Assembly: GCF_036588685.1 (NCBI RefSeq) | Contig: NC_086375.1 | Coordinates: 55,552,001-55,616,000, forward strand | Direction of reading: 5' to 3' | DNA length: 64,000 bases | From: Mytilus trossulus | Taxonomy: Eukaryota | Shown here: piece after piece, positions 27,842 to 41,000 of the stretch | Position numbering within the stretch: the stretch's first letter is position 1 | Layout: each line of letters opens with the position of its first letter | Position numbers and translations under genes: made by a program | Notes under the pieces: generated by a model | The model's input: only the letters and a program-made list of their open reading frames with translations | Database searches by the model: none | Told to the model about the DNA's origin: nothing

Positions 27842-28041
27842 AAGTGAGAGATTTAGCAAGCTATATATCTAGGTTCAATCCATCATTTTCTACATAAGAA
27901 AATGCCTGTTCCATGTCAGGAATATGATAGTTGTTACCATTCGTTTGATGTGTTTAAGCTTTTGATTTTTGCCATTTTGATTAGGGACTTTTCGTTTTTG
28001 AATTTTCCTCGGAGTTCAGTATATTTGTGATTTTACTTTTT
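27842..28041 (+). mobile_element. Repeat family A copy (degenerate twister-like motif)
   Basis: AAGTGAGAGATTTAGC...GGTTCAATCCATCATTTTC...GAAAATGCCTGTTCCATGTCAGGAATATGATAG...TTTTACTTTTT. Confidence 0.85.
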
Positions 28042-31000
28042 AATACTAGTAACGATTTGTATATGTGAATACATACACAAAGAGATTTTGTGACCTAATA
28101 TAATGAGACAGCACCACAACGAAACCAACAAACCAAAATACATACATTTTTACAGAGTTGTAATTATTATTGCTACCAAAAAAAACACACATTGCTATAA
28201 ATAAAACAATATAATCCGGTAGCAAAATTTACGATATCCTTTCATTTATTATTTTTAATCCTGGGGACATTTATATTTTGACTTGAAATCATATTGACAA
28301 TTATTCGTACTGTGTGGAGATTACTTCTCCGTCATCCAAATCCCAAATCGTGCCAGGAAGCAAAACTTCAGAGATTTTCTCACCCCTTACAATATCTGTA
28401 CAAGTACCGATCAATTTAGGAATTAAACAGCATAATCGATAATCGATATAGTATTAGTTCGTGGAAGAGGATTCTTTTTTAAAATGTAGTATAAATAAAA
28501 CGAAAAGGAACGGTCGAAATAATGAACAGAAAATATCCTATCTAGGAAATCTATTGTGACTATGAAATGTGAAATCAATAGCATTTGTTATCAATTCATT
28601 TTTCAGTTGTGTGTTGAAAACCTCGGACACATCATTCCTGTTTGCCTATGTCGTATCTGCACTGGGATTAAAGGATGAGTTTCTTTTATCTAGTACGGTA
28701 AATACATGGCAGTGTAAGATTGTCACGTTGGAGCAATCCTAGGCCGATTTTCTCTTTGATTCTAGATAACTGTCATGAAAAATTACCCCAATTCACACCA
28801 AAACCTGTTTTGTTTGCCGTAGTGTATACATATTTATCAATGTAAGCTCTTAAAAAATAAGTATAATGGTTCATACATAGGTAAAAATGCGTTAATCTAA
28901 AATACCTTTTTAATAGTCAAATATAGAACTTTCAATTTGATTGATGGATTTGAACCCAAACTAGGTTAATTTTATTTGATAGCTTTTATGTACATATTTT
29001 TAATCTAATGCACATTACTTTTCAGATATAAACGAAAATACGAATTTTCCCAATAATTCGGAAATAACTTTTATCAAGTTCTGGTTTGTATTTCTATCTT
29101 GAATAAAAAAAAATCAGACAAAAAAAATTTAGAATAACAAATCCTCTTTATGCCGACGCACAAGATGTTCAAAGAATTCACAAAATGCTTTTATTCAAAA
29201 TTAATTATATTTTGGTATCGTCGATTTAGAAATAAATCAAAGTTATGCAACAGTGGGTATCTACAACGGCTCACCAGGACAAGGGACAGATACATACTAA
29301 TAAGCATCTAATCTTTAGCTCTGTCATTCACAGTTTAAAAATATCATGGTGACTTAATTAATAAAATCTGGTTTGTAAATTAATGTGTTCCATCGTCAGA
29401 TGGTTCCCATTGCATACCATTATTGAACCCTATGGATTATTGAAATAAGTGAAAGAAATGGTATACCAGAACATATTTAATTCACTGAATATGCAATTTT
29501 AATTGACTTGCTAATTGAATCAACTAAGTATATAAGAACCCCCGTCAAGAACATGCGCGGGTTGTACATATATATGTTAATATTGGAACAGGGAGCCACG
29601 GGTTACTAATTATAAGTTTTATCATTCAGTCATGTGATTGGTGTTTTATTTTGTGTGGCTAATTAAGACCATACTTATATATAATTTGTCAAATTTGGGT
29701 TAATCTGGCGTTTCCTTCTTACGATGTCAGAGATTAAAGTCGTTATGGACATGTGGCTGAAATGAAATAAAATCGCCACTTGCTGTTGACAAGCTTAATA
29801 CGATTATTTTTTCTGGAATGTTTGTTAAATTTTTTATAGGTAAGCACAACGAAATATCCTAAAAATCTAAATCTGTTTTTAAAAGCACGCAGTCATATTT
29901 GGTGGATTATAAAAGTTTTAAGCAAACGTCATATGACTGATTATTGTGCTGGATGTATAACTTCAAGCACATACCATTTAATGCTAAAACAAAATAGCAA
30001 CAGATCGACAAGATGGGCCAGACTTTAACCTGCTACTCACATAGACTACAGGAAGATATTACGTCGCACTGGGAATTTTATTCCCACAATGATCCAAATA
30101 CTCTTTCTGTTTGTGTCGTGATCGAATTTTTAGTATGAAATTGAGAATGGAAATGGGAAATATGGCATAGAGACATATTTTGAGATATCTGTGTTATAAT
30201 AATGTATCACCAATATGCAGTTTCAGTTCGTTTTGTTTCAAAAATGAAAAATTTCCTAACGTTTTTGTAGGATACTTTCAATGTGTATGAGATTTTAAAA
30301 TAAAATACCAGAATATGTATTTCTTAGATTTTTTCAAATAATTCAGAAAACAAAACAGAAATGTGTTTTATCATATTCCTTCTTTGGGACAAACTAGACT
30401 GATGAACAGTATTTATCTGAGTTAACATCAGTCATTTTTTACATATTCAATGATCCAAAATATATTTGTTTTGCATTTGTCAAAAGTTATCACCAGAAGA
30501 AGAAGAACAGATAGAAATATCCCCATTTGAACGAAAAATGTTTTACAAGCACATTTCTGTATCAATTTGCCAATTTCGGTGTCTAAGGCCACAGACCACA
30601 ATTAATTCCTCTATTAGTTCTTTATACCTTTTTGTCTCATGAAAAAAATTGCACCGAATCTTTTTGTCAAATTTTTTGTGTGTGTAATGTATTGATTATA
30701 CTAGTCCAAACATATATCCAAAATTCAGAAAGATTGCAGTCACACATCTTAAAAATTTAGCCAATACACATCCATACCCCTATTGACAAGTCAAGAGATG
30801 TTCCGACAACTGTAAATAAGACCTTTTTGCACTTGGCCTAATCACTCATTCCATATCAAAATCAGTTTAAATACAACATCCAAAAATTTATTTCACCTTT
30901 CTTCTTTCATTTCCACCCAAAAAAATCTAGGAAATGAGTGAGGAAGGGGAAGAAAAAAAATTAAGGAAAAATACACTCTAATTAAAAGGAACTATACAAC

Positions 31001-31217
31001 AAACACACTTTTCATTTAAAAGTCAATGGCAGAATATTCCCATGCTGACGACGGTGCTAGACCCTCATGGGAAGTCAATGTTGTTACAATAACCCCGTTG
31101 TGTGAGAGAGCATAATTACTACAGTAAGTGCACTACTATCAATGAATTTTGAATTTACGATAATTGCTCTTTGAGAGCGGACCATAGAGAACCCTCCTGT
31201 TAAATGTTTAGTATAAG

Positions 31218-31251
31218 CATGGAAGTATTATATTAATATAATACTTCCATG
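31218..31251. mobile_element. Perfect 34-bp palindrome (17+17) flanked by a 7-bp direct repeat: putative P-superfamily transposon excision footprint
   Basis: CATGGAAGTATTATATT|AATATAATACTTCCATG, with GTATAAG at 31211-31217 and 31252-31258. Confidence 0.7.
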
Positions 31252-32997
31252 GTATAAGTTAGTCTCTAAATGATTGTCAATGCAACCCGTGGTACATTTA
31301 TGAACACATGTGCATTATTTTGCGTCAATACAGTAGAACTTAAATAAAGGAAAAACTAAAATAGATTGTCAAAAATCAGCTATTGCGGGGTAAATCTTTG
31401 AAGTGCAAAGGTTGTCTCATCAACGTTTATACTTTTACATATTGACAAAAATACAAGAAATATTAAATAAAAACAACTATCCAGATGTACATATACAGTT
31501 TAATTGGTACCATGTAATGTTATTATACATAGTGTATATATATGCATACCTTCGACTGTTGTTTGCTCTCTTGGTCAAGTTGTTTTCTCTTTGACATATT
31601 CCGCGTTTTCTTTCTCAATTTTATTTTATGCATAGATAAGTCCTATTATTTGTTCCTACATAATTTTTCAACGGTTATCTAGAACGGAATTCTTATTTTA
31701 TTTACATAAAAGTAAAAAACGTACGGTAATTTGTACACCTTAGACAATTTTCGTCAAAAACCGTTTGACTAAATAAATAGGCATAGGGTCCAAGGCAACT
31801 GTCGTATCCATTTCTGCAACTTCCAATTGTCACCTATATATGCCCATATGAAAATGTGGAGATGTGGTATGATTTCCAATGAGACAACTATCCACCATTG
31901 ACTATTGATAATATTTACCAAAATATTCAGAATCATGGATTGCAATCTGTATACCTTTATACCAAGGTCTAGGCATGATACAATCATCTTGTTTAGACAA
32001 TATTCACTTTCGTCTTGGTGGAGTTATCTCAATTTTCAGTAAGCAACAAATTTTCTTTCGAAAGATGTGGACTTATTTGGTATGCTGGTAATTTTTTTTA
32101 AATGTATAGAATTGAACAGAATAAAGACTAATTTCAAACATATAGTAGCAACTAATGTTTAAAACAAATAACCTTCCAATAACTGACTTTGTAAAACTGT
32201 ATCACTTCTAGAAAATAGGATAAAATTACAAAAACAATGTTGGAAAAGAGAAGTTTATAAAAAATTCAGGTTTAATAATAATCCACAATAAATTTAAAGG
32301 AATGGACCCACAATCTGTGCCTAATTTTCGAAGGTGTCGTAGAATCTGTCCTATGACATATCATAAGACACGATCTAGAATGGACAAATCGACTATCCAA
32401 ATACATAGAGCTATTCAGATTATCTTACCTAGAATGTATTCCAAAGGGGTGGACTGCAAGTATATATAACAAAAGAAAAAGAAAATAAAACTATTGATAA
32501 AAATTAACCGATGAATATAATAATAATATTGAAATAACGATAAAATATTGTTTTAAATCATATCAATAATATTAATATATTGATTATAAAAAAATATATA
32601 TATTAACTTTTTAGGAAGAACAACAAACAAACCAAATATTACTACGCAAAAAAAAAATAACTAAATTAAGTGTAAATGTCTACAACCGGGTACATCGACG
32701 GTAAAATTATATTACTTTTATCTTTTTTTTTCGGCCATCAGCAGGGAACCAACTGCATACACTTATTCAACATGATAAAATATATGTACGTAATAAAAAC
32801 AAATATTCTTAATAAGACATCTTCATTTTTCCATTTTTTATACAATGTTATAAAATTACCATTAACAATTCGGAAAATGAAATAATACTATTTATTTGAA
32901 ATAACATTATGGGATATCTCATATATATCAATAACATCACATAAACTTGATATATGATTTACCGATACACAATCCTGATTCTGCGGAAGATATTCAT

Positions 32998-33106
32998 CCA
33001 ATCGCTTGCGAGAAAGGCGTGACTGCATGACAGGGGTGCTCACCATGAAAACGGCTTGTCTGAAAACATTGATTGAAGATTCATATAGATTGTAAACATA
33101 TCAGTT
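32998..33106 (+). promoter_or_regulatory. Putative core promoter of Zic paralog B (CCAAT box plus initiator-like TCAGTT)
   Basis: CCAAT at 32998-33002 in a locally GC-richer patch; TCAGTT at 33101-33106, ~150 bp upstream of the ATG. Motif evidence only. Confidence 0.35.
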
Positions 33107-33252
33107 TAAGCATTAACAGCGCCAAATAACAAGTGTAAAGTGTTGAAATGTAGAAATTTAACAAACTATCACCTGTTCTTGAAGAATCAGCTCTGCATGT
33201 TTACAGTTAAGCTATTGTAAATAGACAAATAAACTGGAAAATTGTCTCAATA

Positions 33253-34129
33253 ATGATTGCATCTTTCATGGATAGAAGTGACCCCCAGCATATTTCTCCA
33301 CCAGGGGTCAGTTACGGTCACCCGGAAGGAAGTATGATCCAGAACCAACAATATAATTATTACAATACTCAAGCTAATGGGTATACGGGTGCATATTCTA
33401 ATGTTAACAATATAAATTCCAGGGACTTGTTTTTAAGGCGTTCTGAATTTGGATTGCATGGATCCATGAATGAAACCAATATTCCATCTCGGACGCCCGG
33501 AATGTTATTTCATTCCCCTTCTGGATATCCTTCCCATCATCATCACCAAGATGTCAGCACACACGTTTTACTTCAGGGTCTTCATGAAGCTTCACCTTAC
33601 CATAGCTCACGCCAAAATGTGCCTCCACAATCTGGATATTTTAATATTCCTGGACATACAAGTGACATGTATTCCCGTGGTGATCAGCTTGGATACAATT
33701 CATTACCTCGTACAGAGCAGTACCATGATCATTCGCAACAATCTTTCCTCAATCACATGAACATGTTTCCGAATGGATCGTCGTCCTTTTTTCGATACAT
33801 AAGACCTCCTATAAAGCAAGAACGCACGTGTATGTGGATTGACCAAGACCAACAAGAACCTAGAAAGGCATGCAATAAAGTGTTTTACACGATGCATGAA
33901 ATTGTGAACCATATAACTATAGAACATGTTGGGGGACCAGAGCAAACGTGTCATACTTGTTTCTGGCAAGAATGTCCGCGGGAAGGACGACCTTTCAAAG
34001 CGAAATATAAACTGGTCAATCATATTAGAGTTCATACCGGAGAAAAGCCATTCCCGTGTCCGTTTCCGGGATGTGGAAAAGTTTTTGCCAGATCTGAAAA
34101 TCTCAAGATACATAAACGAATACATACGG
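33253..34129 (+). CDS. Zic: Zic/odd-paired family transcription factor, paralog B, exon 1 (ZOC motif, ZF-NC, ZF1-3)
   Basis: ZOC-like NSRDLFLRR; [16 protein letters not shown]; ZF1-3 CMW...[12 protein letters not shown]...[57 protein letters not shown]. Donor G|gtaaga at 34129/34130 (phase 1). Confidence 0.97.
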
Positions 34130-37100
34130 GTAAGAATACAAAAAATGTCTTGTATATTTCTACTGGGTTTGGACCCTTCTTTGCAAAAAGAATATGTTAT
34201 TTTTTTATTTAAATCTTGTAACAAAGCCAATTAATAAATTACCCGTCAATCTCATAAAAAGTTACTTTAATGGAAAACATTTTTAAGATATCGCAATATC
34301 TTAAATTTGAAAACACCCGAAAGAAAAGGAAATATTAAGAGTCCAACTAAGAGTTTTTAAACTCAAGAAAATTACAGAATTTTCTGAAATTTATGAAAAT
34401 CTTCGCATCAATATTTCGAATAAAAACCGTGAAAAATAACTAAAACGGATTGAAATTAGAAATGTTATAAATGCACAGATTAATCTTTCTGGTAAGAACA
34501 AATAGAAAATCACAGAACTGTGTATTTATAATTTGTTAGTCTTTATTATACTTCACATCATTTAATTGTTACACATACTTAGCAGAAAAATATTCCACAA
34601 ACGTGCAAAACATATGTATGTACCGGATTACAATTGAGCCGTATCTGGCTTCTATTTCAAACGTTCTAAAAGACTCAGATCTATATCATAATAAATATTT
34701 ATAATTTCACACCGTTTCACTTTTTGATGGCAAAATCATTAGAAGGACACAAAAGTTCGACTTAATGGTTCGTTCACTATTAGCATGTCTCAATTAAGGA
34801 ATTGACGATATATCTTAGAAATACTGTTAAAAGCATATATTTCAAAAAATTCATCAAGAAACATATTTAAGAGAGAGCATGCACATTTTGCCGTTACTAT
34901 CACAAAAATGTAAATCATGTACATTTCTCCCTTTTGACAGATGCTTTAATCATTATGTTGTGTTATGTATTGAAAAATAATTACCTTGTGAAACTGTCCC
35001 TTCTAAATTATGAAGGAGAAAAACCCTTTGTAGAGAGACTCATTACTTACATTATTCCATCGAGAGGGAATAAATGGTTTTGACAGGGAAATAAAACCTT
35101 TGATCTGAAAAAATAGAAGATTTCAAGTTAAGATATTAAACAGAATTTGTGAATATAATTACTTGCATTTTGTAATTATTTAACGTTCATGATATCATAA
35201 ATTTATTGGTTACATATTGCAAGGTTAATTCGTCCCATTGTTAGTAATAAATATTGCACTTGATTAATATTTACCGTTTTAGAAAATTCACAAAATATTT
35301 GAACCGTTATCATTTATCATACAAATATTTTAATGATTTTCAGTTTTCGATCGAGTTTTATTTTTTTAGTTTTCGTAAAATAATTATATTTAAAATTGTA
35401 TGACATACATTTTGGAACAAGTGCAGTAATTTGGTAAAACACTTTGATTCCTTTGGTTATGTATAAGGGTTATTGTGATTTGTACTGCAATGCAATATTG
35501 TTAAAATGAAGGTTTCATCTTAATTTTGTGTGAACAATTGCATTTAAAAAAACATCTTCAAATAAATTATAATAATAATCTTTTAACAAATAAGACAAAA
35601 CTTATAAAATGTGGTTCATTTATTTATGTTTCTGTCAATGATATCTTGTGGACTTAAGTTGGTCCAAATGGCTATCGGATATTTTCTAAATATGATTTAT
35701 TAAATAATCAACAAAAGGTTATCTATTTCCTTTTTGTAATCATTTCAAATAATCCCGGTTTTCATCGGTTTCCTAATTCAGAAATCAGTTCAATAGATTC
35801 TCGCGTCAATAATCTGAAAGGGTTAATCTCGTTATGTGTCAAAGTTTTAGGTTTTGCACAGCTGTTTCAAACTATGATGTTTTCTAATATAAATCCATTG
35901 CAGCTAAATATGCTTAAAACAACAAGTTTTCTCAGCGGTTTATACATGTTAAGTAGAATATTATATACCGATAAAATTCCAATCAATTTTATGTAAGTAA
36001 TCTTTTTGTTACAGTAACTCCTTCATTAACCGTTTTTGTGAAATATCTCTTATCTGTTCTTTCATGCGTTTATACCAAAAAATTCAACTCCATACTGTCA
36101 AGATTTTCACTGCGGGAGTGTCAAAGTTTGCTTAGGAATACGTAAGACCAACTGCGAGAAGAGCTAAAGTAATCAGGGAATTATGTATGTAATGAGCCAA
36201 ACTGGTCACTTCCTTTAAAAGGTCATCTGGGAATTAGTAAAGGCCGTTTAATTCTCCACGATGGCCGTTCTTAAATCATTTAGTTATGAAAGAAATCAGT
36301 TAATTGTAATTTCTGGGATGAAACACATCAATAACGGGGAACTACTTCCAATAAACTGGCATTTATCATTTTTGTTGTGCATTAGCTTTTTGGTATTTTT
36401 TTTCTTCATTTTTCATAAAATCTAAACATTCTTTTGTTATATTTATTTTACATTGTTATATAAAAATTTATTAATTACTTTGAAAATATTAAATAATAAG
36501 CAGCGTAATAAGGTTTGTGAAACATTGGATGTTATAGTATTGCGTAGTTCTCTCAATGACGAATTAACCAACCCACCTTTTAACCACAAGGATAATTATC
36601 TGAACAAATAAGATAAAAGCTATATAATAATACATTATAAACTAACAAATAGAAAAAAATATTTAAAAAAAATAGTAGAAGTGAACAATTATGACATCAG
36701 AAATAAAATATAACGTAGAATACACTTTTTAAATGTTTAAATTAATTCTTAATTTATCTATTTATTACAAAACCTCATTTGTTTTTAGTTAAGAAATGAA
36801 ATTCCTATAGAATAAATTTTTTATTAGTTTTTAACTTGTTTATAAACTATACATCTACTATTGAAATATGTCATTGGTTGTTAGTTTTTTTGTCTGTGTG
36901 TTTAGACAGATAAAGAAACTGTTTTTTATTATTCTGAATAAAACCTTTTTGTTGTGGATATGCGTAAGGATACACATTGACAAATAATTGGGATATACGC
37001 AAAACATTAAATAGATTTTAAGATTGTTTTAATTTTGTAAAAGTTTCATAGTTTATTTTTTGTTTTCATTCGTATGGTTTTTTTTTGTAATTTGTTAGAT

Positions 37101-37299
37101 TTGGTTTTTTTTTAATATACGGGAAGGGGATTTAATTATAAAACTTTGATCATACCTCTCCTGAACTTGCGTTTTTATTGAGTTGTACTCAGATATACAA
37201 AACAGAAGTTTGAATATTTTATTGAATATACAACTAGCCGAATAAATAACTCCAAAGCATATGAATGAGTTTCCTATTTACAATTATTATCTATTTCAG
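34130..37299 (+). other. 3170-bp phase-1 GT-AG intron of Zic paralog B, in the HTG|EKP linker between ZF3 and ZF4
   Basis: gtaaga...ctatttcag; joining gives HT-G(G+GT)-EKPFKC in frame. This is the intron position conserved in bilaterian Zic genes, and matches the acceptor position in paralog A. Confidence 0.93.
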
Positions 37300-37850
37300 G
37301 TGAAAAGCCCTTCAAATGTGAATTCGAGGGATGCGATAGACGATTTGCCAATAGTTCTGACAGAAAGAAGCATTCACACGTTCATACCAGTGATAAACCA
37401 TACTACTGTCGAGTACGGGGTTGTGACAAAAGTTATACACACCCAAGCTCTCTTCGGAAGCACATGAAAATTCATGGAGAAATTACACCTGCAATGGAAA
37501 AGGATGCAGAAGAAATGGCAGCCTGTGGTGCAGGAGAATCACAAACAATATCTCCAGCAAAAACAAAAACTACTTGGAATTCACCAACAGTGCTAAAAAC
37601 AGTGGACAAGAAACCAGACGTTTCAAATCTACCACTAGTCAATTCGGAACCACCGTCATCAGCGCCGGAAATTCAAAAATTAAATGACTGGTTTGTGTGT
37701 CATTCAAGGTCAACTATACCGCCATCTGTAGTTAATAAAGACCATCAGAATATGGGTTCAGTCCCCTCTCTACCAAGTGCTCCTCCACCTTTACCGTCCG
37801 TACCCACGTTACCATCGTTTCATCACATGCCTATTATGCAATATTCATAA
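37300..37850 (+). CDS. Zic: Zic paralog B, exon 2 (ZF4, ZF5, C-terminus); spliced CDS 1428 nt = 475 aa
   Basis: (G)[59 protein letters not shown]...KLNDWFVC...MPIMQYS*. Confidence 0.97.
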
Positions 37851-38033
37851 CATGCAAAGACAGGGATAATGACCTAGTCACATATCACAGATGTTTATAA
37901 AAATAATTCTGTAAACAGATTTGTTTATTATTATAATTATATTGATACAATATTTTGGGTTCTTTTCTTTTGTATATACAAATATATATTGGAGTAAGCT
38001 ATCAATTTCGAAGAGTTTCATTCCATACATTAG

Positions 38034-38039
38034 AATAAA
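38034..38039 (+). terminator. Putative polyadenylation signal of Zic paralog B
   Basis: AATAAA ~185 nt after the stop codon, followed by a T/GT-rich tract (TTCTTGTTCTGCTGTTCTTTT). Confidence 0.5.
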
Positions 38040-41000
38040 TATTATTCTTGTTCTGCTGTTCTTTTCGTATAAGGAGGAGAGAAGTTAAAATGATAATTTG
38101 TATACAGCGCTACACCGGATCTCGTTCAGTTAAATACATGTATTAACTTACATCGTAGTGAAAAAAAATATAAAACATTAAAAAAAGATCATGTCATTTA
38201 AATTAATCAAACACACAATAACGTGCAATATAATACTAATGCCACCGTGACATCTTATAGTACCTATACACGCCCCCTTATTCTATACTGAGGAACCAAA
38301 AAATTAGACATAACGTGTACTCTATTTTTAATAACGAATATATAAATTTAATACATTGCAAACAATATTTAAAAAAAAAGGAAACTTTTTTATATAGTAA
38401 GACCGTTGATTTTCCCGTTTGAATGGTTTTACATTAGTAATTTTTGGGTCCCTTTATAGCTTGCTGCTCTGTGTGAGCCAAGGCGCCGTGTTGAAGACCG
38501 TACCTTGACCTATTATGGTTTACTTTTATAAATTGAGACTTGGATGGAGAGTTGTCTCATTGGCACTCATACCTCATCTTCCTATATCTACTGTTTATCA
38601 AGTAGTGTTAAATGTGTATCTAGCTGTTGGTAGTTGGTGTTTAGTAACATTGAACACTTTAAGACATTCTTCTTTACACAATTTTTACCAAAGAACCAGT
38701 TTACGAAGGCATCTTTTAATTAATGAAACTTTTGTAAATCGATGCTGTTATTTTAAAGTTTTTTATCTTAACTTGTCAATCATATTAAGCAAAAAATGCT
38801 AAAAACATGAGAATTTGTGTGTGGCCTATACTGTATGATCAGTATAACTTGATGTGATAAGTATTCGAGGTTTTTTATGAATAGTAAACCAATACAATTC
38901 GTATTTGTTGACAACTGCAATAAATTACAAAAAAATAGATTTTTCATCTAATTCATTTAAGATATTGAATTAAACTTTCTATTTAATTTAGTCTGTTGCT
39001 TTGCATAATTTTATCTGCCACTTGGGTGTTTAAGAAAATTAAGATTAAAGTAAGATCTTGTATCATTTTTTATTTTTTTCTAATTCTAACTTTCATCTGT
39101 CAAGGAGAAATATTATCACACTTTCATGACCGTGTCACTCTTTTTTTCTTTTATCCTTTCTGAATAATACATACAAGGGCGTGCTTGAGCAATGTCATTT
39201 TAGAAGAAAAAGCATAAAAAGCTAACCAAAGAAAACTATAAACCAAAAAAAAAACGTCGTTGCAGTTATTTACTTCTTAATGAAGCCGTGTTTTGCATAT
39301 ATTTAGGAAATATAATCAAATCCATTTTATTTGTTAATGTCGATGTATTTGAGACTATGCAATGTTCAACCATGGCTATAATATATGTATGGTTTAAAAC
39401 AATCTCTACATTAACATAAAGCCATTTCTGTTTTAAAATGTCTAAACTTCGTGCGATGCAAAGTTTGGAAGAATATACAGATATGTTGTCGTTTTTGTGT
39501 CGTGTTTGCTGCCTCATACATTCCGTATTCTCCTAAGTAAAGTCGACAACATTTAGAAAACTTATCCAACGGCTATCACAAGTCATTTGTTTATAAAAAA
39601 AATTAGAACATACTTGCTGAATCTATGACACACAAAATACAATACATCATCCTTATAGCTATTTTTTTGTCCAAATCCACCCTTATAGGTTTATATTTAA
39701 ATTTCATTAAAGAATGTCCGAACTCATGGTTTATCTCTATTTTTTAAGGAAGGGGCAAATAGATTTACAAAGACCAGTATATATATATGTGTGATGTTAA
39801 CTAGCGTGTCTGTGCCTGTTTGGATATATACTAAGAAGGCGATTTTGCAATAATTATTCCTTCTTTTCTATAATTCCGTATTTGATGTTTTGTTTATTGG
39901 TTGCATATTTCGACATTTATTGACTGAATGTATCGGATGACTTTTTTTTTTTTTTATCAACTACAAATTCAGTTGAACAAACATCGGTTAATTATGTATC
40001 CAATACTGTTGTAGAACCGACCAAAGATTTCTTTGACTGCGCTAGATTGGCCTTTTTTTGTATCGTAAACCCCTAATTTGTTAATCATTTTATTTTTATT
40101 AAATGCATCCCCCATTAAGTAAGTTCCAAAATGGTGTTTATGAGTGTTTTAAATTTACCATGTACCTATGCATCCATTTCAACAATTTGATTGTTATTAT
40201 AATTTATAATGCTTTAAATTTAAATCTCATTAAAGATGAGTAAAAAGAGACTTTAAAACAATTTAACGGACTTAAAACGTGTTTCACTCCGCCTCATTTA
40301 TAATACATTTAGTGTGCCTTTCCTAAGCTAAGCCAGGAGCCTGAGTTTAGTGGTTGTCGTTGGTTCTTGTTTGTCATATTTGTTTTCCGAAAACTGTTTT
40401 GATAAAATAAAGCCAAGATTTCTCAATTGAATTGTTTCATATCTTTCATTTGGGGGTCTTTTATAGCCGACCATCGTAAAGTGGTTTTTTTACTTATTGT
40501 CGAAGGCCTTACGGTTGCCTACAACTGCTTACAAACTTTGGCGTATAGTTGCTTTCCAATCATACAACATCTCCTTATTTTTGTAAGATATGGGAGAACG
40601 TTTAGAGCATCATAGAAAGTCAGCAAAAAGTTTACTCGTTATTTTTTTCTGTATTCTTGGTATGCTTGTAATATTGGCTTATGAGGTAACAAACAGTTAT
40701 CTATGTTTTTTATCAGTTATTTTGAGCAATCAAAAAAAAGAAAAATTAACCAAACATTTGCTCAAATAATTTTAAAATCCACCATATTGAATATTTTTCT
40801 GATGCATACACGAAGTACAGGATGAATAAAGAATGACTAAACACGTTATCTGGGTAGATTATTGAAAGATGAAAAGTTTATCTCAAATACCCTATACATA
40901 AGTATATGACTGTGGAGTAGTTCATTGAACAAATATGATATAAAAAAAAAATAGTGACATATTAGTTAAGAGCTGATTCTTTGATTGAATTGTTTTCGCG

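Noticed and set aside
30584-30841. Possible MITE with AGGCCA/TGGCCT ends
   Set aside because: The inverted match is only ~6 bp, too short to support.
34130-34212. 3' extension of ORF 33253..34212 (GKNTKNVLY...)
   Set aside because: Read-through into the intron past the GT donor at 34130; the zinc fingers continue at 37300.
33470-34234. Overlapping ORFs 33470..33760 (+), 33703..34230 (-) and 33926..34234 (+), plus 37261..37467 (+)
   Set aside because: Alternative-frame or antisense shadows of the Zic exons with no recognisable domains.
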